From positions 117-64,116 of IMG/VR virus record IMGVR_UViG_3300016476_000584: a stretch of 64,000 nucleotides of DNA; one strand, written 5' to 3'. Shown here in pieces: positions 31,316-42,167 of the stretch. The notes below the pieces were generated by a model. It was not told the DNA's origin, did not search any database, and saw only the letters and a program-made list of their open reading frames with translations. This DNA is from a virus. The position numbers and the translations under genes were made by a program. Every line of letters starts with the position of its first letter. Within the stretch, counting starts at the first letter, position 1.

Positions 31316-32653
31316 TTATTTAACAAGCTTATCTACTAGAGCCTTACCAGTAGGAGTCTGCGCTAGACCTTCTAGTAGTGCGCCTATGTTAGTGCCGCCA
31401 CCAGAACTTAGAATATCTCCTAGGCTGCTAATACCTCCAGTCACAGTGCCGTTGTTGGCAATCACTTTCAAATCAGCACTCTCTAGAGCTTTAGCCTGTT
31501 CGACACCTACAGCCTGAGCAGCTTCCACCTGACGAATAGTAATCAGATACTGCTGATAGCTAGCATTCTCACCAATCTCTTTAGCCAGAACAATCTGAGC
31601 CTCGACAGGAGCAAGTTGTAGTAGCTTCTCAGATTCAGCTACAGCCTGACCTTTTACTAGAATAGCCTCAGCATTACGGCGTTCAGATTCTAGTTGGCCT
31701 TCTGCAATTAGAACAGTGCGTTGCTTTTCACCTTCTGCCTTAACAATGTCAGTCTGCTTCTGTTCATCTGCACGAACGATGTTAACATCCTTTGCAATCT
31801 CAGCAGCTTTAACCTGCTCCACCCGAGCAACTTCCATTGCTTTTTCAGTGGTAACTTTTTGCTGTTCAGTGATTTCCTGCTTAGCTTTTTCGTTCGCAAT
31901 ACCTACTTCTTTCTCCTTCTCAGCAGTACGAATACCTACTTGCTGTTGAGCAAGCTGACGGTTCACCTCTACTTCGCGGTCTGCGTCGATCTCTGCATTT
32001 TCAGCAGCACGCTTGTTTTCAGCAACTACTACGCGGCTTTCACGTTCAATCTCAGACTTTTTCTTCTCCATGATATTCTGGATTACTTGACTGCCTCGGC
32101 TGTCGCGAATGTCCATCAGTTCGATGTTCTTGACAGTAGTAACACCCCAAGCCTTAAGCTGCTCGTTAACTTCTGCTGTGAACGCAATGCCGAACTCGCT
32201 ACGACCTTGCATAATCTCTTCAATATTCTTGCTTGCTAGAATGGTACGAGCAGCACCTTGAAGGATAGAAGTTAGCTGAGAGTTTAGTTCATTTACGTTA
32301 GCTACTCGTTGAGCAGCGATATTAGAGTTTTCAATTCGGAAGAAAGCTTCTAGGTCTAGAACAAATGGAAGACGCCCGCTGTCATATGCCTCGTAGTCTT
32401 TAAGACGTAGACTGAATACGCTAACTGGTAGCTTGATTACCTGAATACCGATACGAGGAATCCATGCGGGCCACTCGTAGTAAGTGTTACCTGCTTCTTG
32501 GTCTTTACCAAATGAAACAGTCTTAGTAGAGCTTTGGATGATGTGGACTTCGTTAGTACTAACTACTCGACGAAGTGAGATAATCCAAGCTACAAAAACG
32601 ACAGAGACTAGAGCTAGAACACTTAGCACAGCCATAAAGATGATAGAACCCAT
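31316..32653 (-). CDS. SPFH / band-7 (flotillin-like) protein
   Basis: N-terminal transmembrane helix, SPFH core, and a long EA-rich coiled coil. Confidence 0.55.
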   Translation of the reverse strand: MGSIIFMAVLSVLALVSVVFVAWIISLRRVVSTNEVHIIQSSTKTVSFGKDQEAGNTYYEWPAWIPRIGIQVIKLPVSVFSLRLKDYEAYDSGRLPFVLDLEAFFRIENSNIAAQRVANVNELNSQLTSILQGAARTILASKNIEEIMQGRSEFGIAFTAEVNEQLKAWGVTTVKNIELMDIRDSRGSQVIQNIMEKKKSEIERESRVVVAENKRAAENAEIDADREVEVNRQLAQQQVGIRTAEKEKEVGIANEKAKQEITEQQKVTTEKAMEVARVEQVKAAEIAKDVNIVRADEQKQTDIVKAEGEKQRTVLIAEGQLESERRNAEAILVKGQAVAESEKLLQLAPVEAQIVLAKEIGENASYQQYLITIRQVEAAQAVGVEQAKALESADLKVIANNGTVTGGISSLGDILSSGGGTNIGALLEGLAQTPTGKALVDKLVK

Positions 32654-34898
32654 TAGTTTATTCCTTTGTTTCAGTTTTTTCTTTTACATACTCTACTTCG
32701 TTCCCATATTCATCTATATGGGTTTCGTATGAGTACTCGGCGGTTTCAGTAAGCATCCTGCGCAGAAACCAGACGAGTGCGTACACTAGTACAATGAAAA
32801 TTATGATTACAGATGTGTATAACATTAATCGTGCCTATATTCTTCTACTTCAGTTCCATTACGAGAAATTTTTACTCGAACGTGGTCGTCGTACACTGCT
32901 AGCATAATGTCGTCAGGAATTAGAGTCATACACTCGTAAAATGCTTGGAAGGCGTTATTAATACGATCTGCATCTTCTGCAGAGTATATTGCTCGTTGCA
33001 GTTCAATTTCAGCAACTTTCTCCTGAGCAGCCTCAACAGTATAGGGCCAGGGGCGATGCCATTCTATCCTATCAGTAGGAGATAGATTATGCTTAATTTT
33101 ATACTCTTCAAACCACGCATTAGGATCGGCTACGTATACACGTACTTTTTCTAGTGTGGCTAGGGCAATATCGTAATCCTCACTAGAGTATAGATACGAT
33201 CCCTCACCGTCAACTTCGGCTTCGGTATCTCCATCGAGTACGTAGTAAATATCATGCCTGCTAAATGAGCAAGGCTCTCCATCATTGAAATATGGAGTAT
33301 ACTGAACCCAGAAGATGTGGTCGATTTCTGGGGCTGCTCGAAACAGCTCTTGTGCTGCTTGCTCGATTAGAGACTGACTATCAGATTTCATCTGAGCCAT
33401 AGCCTCTGCAATCCGCTCATTCAGAGTTTTAAAGTTTTGTTTAAGTTGTTCTAGGTTCACGGTCAGTCCTTACGAGAAGTTGAAATGAAATTCTTGCGAG
33501 AATACCATATTACCAGGCTGGTCACTGTTGAGCAACATGTGTTTTACAGAGTCAGGAAGCATACGACCAAAACGAGTTAAAAACTCTTCTCGTTCTAGAA
33601 TTTCAACGCCGTCCGCTATAAAACCTCCAAACCTAACTACAAACTCTCGCTTAGCACGATATTCAGCGGTGTTTTTGGTTTCAGATTCAAATACGAATTT
33701 ACCTTCTTCATCAAAATAGCTGTCCCGCACATAGTCTTCTTTGTGAGGATATGCACGAGTAATGAGTAGGCAGATAGTACGGCCTTCCCCTGTAGCTGAG
33801 TAGTCTGCGGCTAGAAATTGATATAGCTCACTCATTGCGTAGCTCGTCCTCTAAAACTTTAATCTTGTAATCAAGCTCTTCACGTTCTTGCTTAAGCTGC
33901 TTTAAATCTTCCTCTCGTAGCGCCTGAACGATGAGAGGATGGCTTAATACTGGTTGAATGCGAGTATAGATCTTTTTTAGCTCAACCCAATATTCAATAG
34001 GTTCTCCTAGAAAAGTACTAGTCTGCATCTACACCTTCCCGCTTAGCAAAAGCACGTTGGCCCATACCTAGCATCCAAGGTTCGGGGCTTAGCTTACCGA
34101 GCCAGTCTTGAATTGTGGGTATCTTACCACCGCAATCTTCTTTAACATGGTCTTCTCCAATGTCTCTAACGCTGACCACTTTTCCATCGGAGTTAGTAAG
34201 GGTCGTGCCGAATAGTTGTTCAGCAAGAAAGATTCCAAAGGTGTTGTGTAGGATTGCTCGATGCCCGAAGTCTGCATATGCTGCTTTGGTCGAGTCAAAC
34301 CAATCGTGGATATGTAGGTAGTCTGAAATAACTCCCCCATAACGCTTAACTGAATTTTTTGCATGGATGTACGGTTTCATAGTTGTGTTTTCTTTTCAAA
34401 TTTAAGTCGAGAGGACCAAGCAGCAGCGCAATAGAAGGTATCACCTACTTCTAGCTGAAATCCGTTAAAACGAAAACGCTTTAGAACTCGATCACCATTC
34501 CAACATGGATATGGAGGTATTTCGATATATCCACGTGATTTCAGCAGATTACGCACTTCTGCGAAGGCAGGATGGTCCTTGTGTGCTGCTGTAACTCCGT
34601 AATGACCTTCAAAGTCATAACGAATTAAGCAGTCTGTAACAAGATTTTCTGGAATGTCTACACGTGGATTTTCAACCTCCTTACGCTCAGGAGCTGGATT
34701 ATCTCTAAGATACTTGTGAATAACTTCGTTAGGAATGACATTATTCCACGACATGTCAGTCTCCTAGGATTAGTCGTATACAGAAATAAGTAAAGCTAGC
34801 TGCCAGCGCTGCTGAAACAACAGGCTGACTAATCGTATCTGTGAGCACTTGAAAGGAAGCAAACCCAGCTAGAGTAGCTTGTAGTGCGTAGTAAATCT

Positions 34899-35450
34899 TC
34901 AATTCATTTTCCTCGCGATTGCAGCTAGATCTTCGATATTAACCGGGTAGTAGTCAGTTTGCTCAACGCAAACGCAGTGATACGGCCCTTTAGGGCTTAG
35001 GTTCTGGTGAATATGACCATGCACGTTTAGCATTTGCTTGCCTTCACCTGCACCACGATACAGCCCACTCTCGTGCAGTGGGACGTGACTTAGGATGATG
35101 CCAAACTCGCTAAACACACGCCACATTTCAACCTTAGCAAACCAACCACCGCTGGCAAGCATCTTGATGTTATCGTGGTTACCAACAACGAGACGCTTCT
35201 GACCCATTAGGCGCGGCCAATGGCGCTTCATCCAACCTTCTTGGTCGTTACCCATAACTACGTCGCCAAGGTGATAAACCTTGTCGCCAGGCTTAATCAT
35301 CGTGTTCCAACGATGAATCATAACCTCGTTCATTTCTTCTACGCACGAAAACCCCGGACGGATAAGTTCGCCAGACTCTGAGTCTGTGAACTTGAGAATG
35401 TTCGAATGGTTAAAGTGCGTGTCACTTACTAGCCAAATATTACCTGACAT
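34899..35450 (-). CDS. metallophosphoesterase
   Basis: VSDTHF, GDVV, GNHD and GHIH motifs. Confidence 0.55.
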   Translation of the reverse strand: MSGNIWLVSDTHFNHSNILKFTDSESGELIRPGFSCVEEMNEVMIHRWNTMIKPGDKVYHLGDVVMGNDQEGWMKRHWPRLMGQKRLVVGNHDNIKMLASGGWFAKVEMWRVFSEFGIILSHVPLHESGLYRGAGEGKQMLNVHGHIHQNLSPKGPYHCVCVEQTDYYPVNIEDLAAIARKMN

Positions 35451-35816
35451 TTTATTTCGTTTCCACTAGCTTGATTTCGTTTTCTGCTACCATGTACCAG
35501 TCGGGTGCGCTGGGAGCAGTATTATATGAGTTGAGTTTGTCCCGATACTGAGCTGCTGCTTCGTAAGTGTCAAAGTCCTCGTGTTTGTACCGTTGACCCC
35601 AACCACGCTCAGACTCAATAACAGTTACGCGATATTTAACTTTCATTGTATTTCCTTTTATATTCTATACAATAACATACTAGGCTTAGTAACGCAACTA
35701 AGATTTGGATGTAGGTGCTATTAGCAGTCATGTGCTTGTTAGGTATTTTGACGCTTGGAGATAATACGTTATACTTATAAATCCTCATGTGCGTAGGACC
35801 TAAGATAACTTTCATA

Positions 35817-36638
35817 TTACATAAATCCCCATTTTTCTGCACAGATTGGACCAATCCCGAGGTCAATGCTTTGTTTGTTAGAAAGAACACGACCACAGCA
35901 AGCACATGAACCAGTACGACGACCATAACGGATGGCGGCATCGCGCGGGTTCTCTGCAATCACACTGAGAGCAGTTTTATGCTCGTCAGTAGCTTCGCGA
36001 GTACCAAAGAAACGACCGTCTGCAACCTTACCGATATACTCGTCATTCTCAGTCTTGACATACAGAGCACCTGCATTGTTACCAGTAGCAGGAGCCAGAG
36101 AAATCTTCAAACCTTCAGCACGATACACAGGACGCTTGTAGCCTCTCTCACGAGCATGAGCGAACATATCAATGATTGACTGAAGATTGACTTCCTTAGC
36201 CTCAGCCTCACGTTGAGCACGGCGTTCTTCCATGCGAACCAGCATAGCCTGAATAGCAGCCACCTGCTTTTCGCTCCAAGCTTTACCAGCATTGTGCTGC
36301 TCAGCAAGAGAACGAGCAAGATCGTTCCAGGTGGCCATAGCGAACACACTAGCATAGATAGTGGTTTCACGGTTCAACTGCTGTGCAGCTTCGATTGCGT
36401 CTTGCTTTTTCTTGGCGCGCTGGAGCCGAGCCTTCTCCAGCTTGCGCGGGTCAGTTTTGAAGTATCCTTTGCCGCGGCAGGCAAAGCACTCACGCTTGTC
36501 CTGATGAACACGCACACCACTGTACAAGCCCGTGCCAGCACACTGGCCGCACGGATAACGCTTTTCTGCCGACGCCTTCAGAGGGATAGGCGCGGTATCT
36601 TCAGTCAGTGAATCAACAAAGCTGTTCCAGTCGCTCAT
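35817..36638 (-). CDS. zinc-ribbon protein
   Basis: CGQCAGTG...CFACRGKG at the N-terminus and CACCGR at the C-terminus. Confidence 0.3.
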   Translation of the reverse strand: MSDWNSFVDSLTEDTAPIPLKASAEKRYPCGQCAGTGLYSGVRVHQDKRECFACRGKGYFKTDPRKLEKARLQRAKKKQDAIEAAQQLNRETTIYASVFAMATWNDLARSLAEQHNAGKAWSEKQVAAIQAMLVRMEERRAQREAEAKEVNLQSIIDMFAHARERGYKRPVYRAEGLKISLAPATGNNAGALYVKTENDEYIGKVADGRFFGTREATDEHKTALSVIAENPRDAAIRYGRRTGSCACCGRVLSNKQSIDLGIGPICAEKWGFM

Positions 36639-36859
36639 CTCTCTCTCCTTCTTTATAATTATTTATAACACAAAGAAAAGGAACTAAGCAAAAGAAAACA
36701 GGCAGTGTTTCCACCGCCTGTTCACTTACTCTTGATTTGGGTCGTCGATAGGTGCATACTGCTTCTTGGCCTTGGATGCTTCCGCGGCCAGCCGCTTGTT
36801 ACGCTCGTCGTTTAGACGCCACACTTCAGCCATCAGACGTGTTTCATCACTACGATTCA

Positions 36860-38287
36860 TCACACACCTTCCTTTGCACGTTCACGAATGTTCTCGAACG
36901 TATCTTCAACTAGGATAACGCCGTTCTTGAATACAGGACGTAGAAGGTTTGTTGCCTGGAACTCCCAGATGTAATCTTCTGGGACAGTGCGGATGTACTC
37001 GTTGATACCAAATCCAGCTTCTTTTACAAGAGCCAGACGACCTTCTTTTGAACGCTTGCCGTGGTCGGTTACTGGGTCTTTTGAGAATCCAACCCATTCA
37101 CCCTCGTTAATACGAATAGCTGACGCTTTCATAGCATATTTGAGAGTGTCACGGTTCCAAGCCTGTAGCAACCCGCCACCCATGCCAAATGCGATATTTT
37201 CTGCCGAGAAACCTGCTGCTTTCAGATTGTCAAGAATGATTGGCAGTGAAGTCTCATTGATGCCATCACCTTGGATAACACGAACCGAAGGATGCAGGAC
37301 CTTGAAGCCCTTACTGTTCACGGTGTAACCAAACTTGTCCATCAGGATCTTGATGACTTCGATTGGAACAGTTAGCGGATCACCAGAGTCGGGGCGTACC
37401 ACTACGGTGCCGCCTGCAATCATAACCTTGCCTTTCAGTCTAGTCCCCCAGAGTTCACGGCAGGCCTCCCATAGGTTGAAACTGTCAGAGACGCAGCCAT
37501 ACAGCTTGCCCGGACCAGCAAACTTGTCAATCATGTTCTCGAAGGCTTTGACTTCATTCTCGCGACCCCAAGAAGTGATAGTGCTATGTTCACTAGCTGG
37601 GATAGAGAAACCGACAACTTCATCAGTGTTGTAGTATTCCATAACACCAACAAGAGCTTCAGCGGTGTCAGTGCCCATGAAGTTCACGAGGTGGGCCATA
37701 CCGCCAAGCATTGCAGTTTCACTAGACGATGCGCCACGAGCACCAAAGTCATGTAGCTTGAAGTTAATCTGAGCATCGACTGGAACGTCAGATGTTTCTG
37801 CAAGAGCACGCTTGATGATCTTCTTCATCTTGCGCGACTTCGTCGCCACGGTAGAAGGATACCACACGCCACGAAGCATAGCTGTTTCCAAGTACGAAGT
37901 CAACCACCACAGGCGCGGGTCTGTGTTAACTACCTGAACCTGTACGTTATGGGTTGGCATAACCGTACCTTCTGGTACTGCTTCTACCAGCACTGGCAAC
38001 ATACCGTTATATTCGTTTACGATAATTTCCCAACCTTCGCGGTTGAAAGGTAGACCGTGTGCTAGAACAATACGTTCTGCACGATCTACGTCCGCCATTG
38101 TGATAGGCGTGGTCATATAGTCTTTCATAAACGCTTGCAGACCAAAGAACACACTCTCATCTTCGCCACCGCGGCTTTCAATGTACGAAGAAATGTGAGT
38201 AGTACCTGCTGGATACTGAACCCACTGAGAAAATTTGTAGCTATCGGTACGAAGGATAGCTGAGATAAGATGTAGTACTGTTTTCAT
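36860..38287 (-). CDS. nadV: nicotinamide phosphoribosyltransferase
   Basis: 475 aa; N-terminal ...ILRTDSYKFSQW and overall NAMPT-like pattern. Confidence 0.7.
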   Translation of the reverse strand: MKTVLHLISAILRTDSYKFSQWVQYPAGTTHISSYIESRGGEDESVFFGLQAFMKDYMTTPITMADVDRAERIVLAHGLPFNREGWEIIVNEYNGMLPVLVEAVPEGTVMPTHNVQVQVVNTDPRLWWLTSYLETAMLRGVWYPSTVATKSRKMKKIIKRALAETSDVPVDAQINFKLHDFGARGASSSETAMLGGMAHLVNFMGTDTAEALVGVMEYYNTDEVVGFSIPASEHSTITSWGRENEVKAFENMIDKFAGPGKLYGCVSDSFNLWEACRELWGTRLKGKVMIAGGTVVVRPDSGDPLTVPIEVIKILMDKFGYTVNSKGFKVLHPSVRVIQGDGINETSLPIILDNLKAAGFSAENIAFGMGGGLLQAWNRDTLKYAMKASAIRINEGEWVGFSKDPVTDHGKRSKEGRLALVKEAGFGINEYIRTVPEDYIWEFQATNLLRPVFKNGVILVEDTFENIRERAKEGV

Positions 38288-38514
38288 TTTAGAACTCCTC
38301 TAAAGTTAATGCCAGTTCTCTCTGAACTGGACTTTTATTTTGGCGTTAGTAGTGTATTACAAATTGGGCAGTTAAACCCACGGTAAATATCATGACCCCC
38401 GCCATAGTCATAGTCATGATATTCTCGAATATCACTGTGAGTATATTCTAACACAGACTTACATTTATGACAGGTAATCTGTAAAGCACCCACTGAAATT
38501 ACTTTAACCATCTG

Positions 38515-39573
38515 TTATCCAATGTTGATAAAGTTGTCGATGATGTGGAAGTGGTCTTCAAACATCTTCTCTTGCTTTACATCCTTGAACGGAACCCAAA
38601 AGGCTTTAGCAGCGTCGTCAGAACCTTTGACTTTTGGTAGTTCACCAACACCCAGATCAATGAAGAATGCTTGAGTGATGGTACGACCGCGAACAGAACG
38701 ATTAGGAGCGTCAAAAGTTTTAGACGCTTTGATTGACCCTTTCAGGACAGGGACAGGAACCTTGATCTTGGTCTCTTCCTTCAGTTCACGAATGGCACCA
38801 TCAAGCATAGTTTCTTCTTGATTGAGAAACCCGCCAGGTAGTGCCCAAAGACCTTTGCCAGGCATATCGCCACGCTCAACAAGAAGAATATGACCCGACT
38901 GAACAACAACTGCATCAACAGTCATGAAAGTCGGAGGGAACGGTGCAGCTTTCCACGATTCTTTGTACCGTTTGACCATTTGGTATTCTTGCTCAAGAAC
39001 TTTCCATTGCTCCGACGCAGAGATTAAAATATCAAGCATCTTGTTTCTAGAGACGGCAGGCATCAGAGTTTTGAGATTCTCTAGCGTCTTGCTATGAACT
39101 TCAAACAACATCTTACGAATGTCAGTAGCATTGATACCGTCAATGTCAGGAACTTCAACGTGATTCTTCCAACGTGGAAAGATGTTCAAGTAGTAGCTGG
39201 TGCTGTCTTTCGAGTGACCAATCAGACCAACGTCTTTTGCATAGGGAACAGTAGCATCAACAATCCGTTGAATTGCATTGACCCATTTATTGTCATCATA
39301 CGGGTAGTCAGAGACTGGAACGACTTTTACGCGAGACGTTTTCACTCGACCTTGAGCACCTTCATAAGTGAAGTGCTGTGGTTCAGTGAAACAGGCTTCA
39401 ATCATTGCCTTACGTTCTTCGAACGTGAAAGGGTTGCGGATATTTCGAGCAGCAAAGCTAGAGCCGACTACGACAACTACCTCTTTAGCTTGTTCTAGTG
39501 CAGCATCAATAACTGCTTTGTGTCCATTGTGAAACGGCTGGAACCTGCCGATAAATACTAGTGCATCACGCAT
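38515..39573 (-). CDS. natV: bifunctional NMN adenylyltransferase / Nudix ADP-ribose pyrophosphatase
   Basis: N-terminal FIGRFQPFHNGH (HxGH); C-terminal Nudix box GGFLNQEETMLDGAIRELKEETKI. Confidence 0.7.
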   Translation of the reverse strand: MRDALVFIGRFQPFHNGHKAVIDAALEQAKEVVVVVGSSFAARNIRNPFTFEERKAMIEACFTEPQHFTYEGAQGRVKTSRVKVVPVSDYPYDDNKWVNAIQRIVDATVPYAKDVGLIGHSKDSTSYYLNIFPRWKNHVEVPDIDGINATDIRKMLFEVHSKTLENLKTLMPAVSRNKMLDILISASEQWKVLEQEYQMVKRYKESWKAAPFPPTFMTVDAVVVQSGHILLVERGDMPGKGLWALPGGFLNQEETMLDGAIRELKEETKIKVPVPVLKGSIKASKTFDAPNRSVRGRTITQAFFIDLGVGELPKVKGSDDAAKAFWVPFKDVKQEKMFEDHFHIIDNFINIG

Positions 39574-40452
39574 TTGTAAAAACTCCTTTTACAGTTAATA
39601 TAGTTCTCTCTGAACTATACATATAATATAGCACTCAACTAGCAGGCTGGCAAGTGTTATTTAAATTGAACTTGCTCTACTAGTACGTCTGCCGGAATAC
39701 GATAGACGGTTACAGACTCACATACTCGCGTGTAGAAATATTCACTGCCATTCAGGCCTAGTTCATATGCTACTTCCATCATAGCATCGCAAATAGCATC
39801 AGTCTCTTCTTCCTCGTCCTCATAGTCGGACAGTGTTAGATTGACAAAGCCTGGATGGCTGAAATAGAAAGCACGGAAAGCTGGTCGAGCAGCATTGTCT
39901 TCACCGTCACATAGATTTCCGATGTCGTGCTCATTACGAGAGCTGGACCCAAACATCTCACAGAATGCGACAACGTCGCGAGCTTCTTGTTCTGTGTCTA
40001 CTTGAATCTCTTTAGTATTATAATTGTCTCCGTCGTTCTCCCAAGAAGTAACGCGAATCAAATATCCAGCACGGTATAGAGTTTTCATTTTGTGTCTTTC
40101 TCAATATTTTCTTGTATTTTTGCCTTAGCTTCTTCTTCAGTTCTAAAGTAGTATTCTCCAGAATGGATGTACTTACTAAGGTTTTCTGCATCGTACACTA
40201 CCGTAGTAGTACTATTGCGGTCAATCTCACAATGAATGAATGTAAACTCACCACGTGAGTACACATCATCATCCTCGGTTAGTCGCCCCTCTACGACTGG
40301 ACGCACAATACCTACAACGGTATTACGCTCAATCTTGAAAGACCGAGGGGGTTTGTCATAACGGTACCACTCAACTCCATCCGCATCTGTCATTGTAATC
40401 TTCTTACGAGACATAAAATTCAGATTTTCTTGGATGTGAAAAAACTCGTCGC

Positions 40453-40833
40453 CTACTTTAAACATGGAGTAATTACCTCAATTCCGTGTTGCATTGCTTG
40501 CTTAATCATATTGCGAGTGCCAGCCCCTCCTCTAAAGGCTACTACTAGGTCTGGCTTACCTTCTTGAATCATTTGCAGGTTCCTTACTGGCCCTGCGTTA
40601 CGTCCGTAACGAGCCCAGTCTGCTCGAAAAGAAAGGACCGGGACCTGTACGATTTCAGCCCATTTGCGGGCTAGGCTATCTGCTCCCCGAGCTTCACCCT
40701 GAATTATCAGCATATCAGGATGTTTCATGCGAATATCTTCTAGAGTATCGCACAGGAAGTATATCTCTATGTCATTGTCTGACTTATCTGGATTCTTACC
40801 ATAGTCTCTACCACCGCAAACTAATACTCTCAT
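40453..40833 (-). CDS. SLOG/YspA-like Rossmann protein
   Basis: VLVCGGRDY...GEARGADSLA..WA pattern. Confidence 0.3.
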   Translation of the reverse strand: MRVLVCGGRDYGKNPDKSDNDIEIYFLCDTLEDIRMKHPDMLIIQGEARGADSLARKWAEIVQVPVLSFRADWARYGRNAGPVRNLQMIQEGKPDLVVAFRGGAGTRNMIKQAMQHGIEVITPCLK

Positions 40834-41216
40834 TGTCTATCCCACCATTCAGCCATTTCAATGGCCATAGATTCAGCCTCAATCTCCCAAGGACGTTCCA
40901 GATAAGGAATATCGTCAGAAACCTCTTGACCACGCCAAAACGCCTTACCACCGCTACGCACAAGACGGCCAGTAACATACTGGTCAATGTGTACCATTTC
41001 ATGAAAAACAGTGACCGGATCTACTGCTGCTACTCGTACCATGTACAAGTCTTCGTCACCAATCATATACCCGTGCATCAGTTCCGCCAGTTCCGGCTTG
41101 ACCTCAAGGTCAACTTCAAGGTCTTCGTCAATAAGATGAAGCCTGGCTGCGGCGAACGCAGCCAGGTCAAACAGAGTTTTATCATCTGCAATAATAATCA
41201 TTTTCATCCCTTTCAT
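40830..41216 (-). CDS. putative HExxH zinc metallopeptidase-like protein
   Basis: VFHEMVH motif. Confidence 0.3.
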   Translation of the reverse strand: MKGMKMIIIADDKTLFDLAAFAAARLHLIDEDLEVDLEVKPELAELMHGYMIGDEDLYMVRVAAVDPVTVFHEMVHIDQYVTGRLVRSGGKAFWRGQEVSDDIPYLERPWEIEAESMAIEMAEWWDRQ

Positions 41217-41255
41217 GTTATATACACAATAACATGAAACAAGCTGTTGAGCAAG

Positions 41256-41768
41256 TTACGACTTAACGCCAGTAGACCCAAACCCGCCAGCACGGTCAGT
41301 TTTCTGACCTGGAGCTGTATCAGTTTCTTCGATAGCGTATGTGAGTGTTGCAACCAATTCGCCTTGGGCAATGCGATCTCCGTCGCATACAATCTGGTCA
41401 ACTCCTGAAACATTGTACAGAGTGACAAAGCACGGGTCTACATAATCACTATCAATAACACCTTCACAGTTAAACAGTGTTAGACCTTGCTTGAGGCTAA
41501 TCCCACTACGTGGGTGGAACCGCACACTGTAACCTGAAGGAATATCCAAGATTAGGTTCAGTGGTACTAGAGTACGAGCACCTGCTGGAATAGTAATAGA
41601 GCTGAAAGCATTTACAGTAATGTCGCTAGGAGCGGTCTCCCCATATCGGAAACATTTTACTGAAGTGCTAGGGATTAGAGATGCGTGAACATCAAAACAT
41701 GCCGCACCCTGAGTGGCTAGTTGTGGTACTTTAGCCGACTCGTGTGTTTTGAATACCTTTAACATCAT
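41256..41768 (-). CDS. dut: dUTP diphosphatase
   Basis: RSG, GVIDSDY, GDRIAQ and the C-terminal RAGGFGSTG motif. Confidence 0.65.
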   Translation of the reverse strand: MMLKVFKTHESAKVPQLATQGAACFDVHASLIPSTSVKCFRYGETAPSDITVNAFSSITIPAGARTLVPLNLILDIPSGYSVRFHPRSGISLKQGLTLFNCEGVIDSDYVDPCFVTLYNVSGVDQIVCDGDRIAQGELVATLTYAIEETDTAPGQKTDRAGGFGSTGVKS

Positions 41769-42167
41769 GCTCCTTTAATAACAAATCCTTCAGTAGAACG
41801 GTTCTTCCAGATAGTTGAAGCATCTACACGAATGAACGGCTTGTTGCGTTCTTCTTTGTTAGGGTTTTCAATAGTAACCATAACTCGTTTACCAGCACGG
41901 AAAGCTTTGAGTTGATTTGCAACTCGCTCACTGGATGCGAGATACTCGCTGCGTAGCGCGTTTGTCATTTTACGCGCTACATTACGGTAAAGACCTGACG
42001 AAGTGTAAGTCTTACCAGAGGATTTTTTACCTTTTGCCATCTATTACTCCTGGGCTAGTATTTTTAGAATGATTCGAGTTACGAGTAGATTTCTATTCGG
42101 TTGTGGTCGTCTACGCCCCACACGGGGCGTAAACATTAAGCGTTGTTGCAGCCAATGGCCGAAACGT

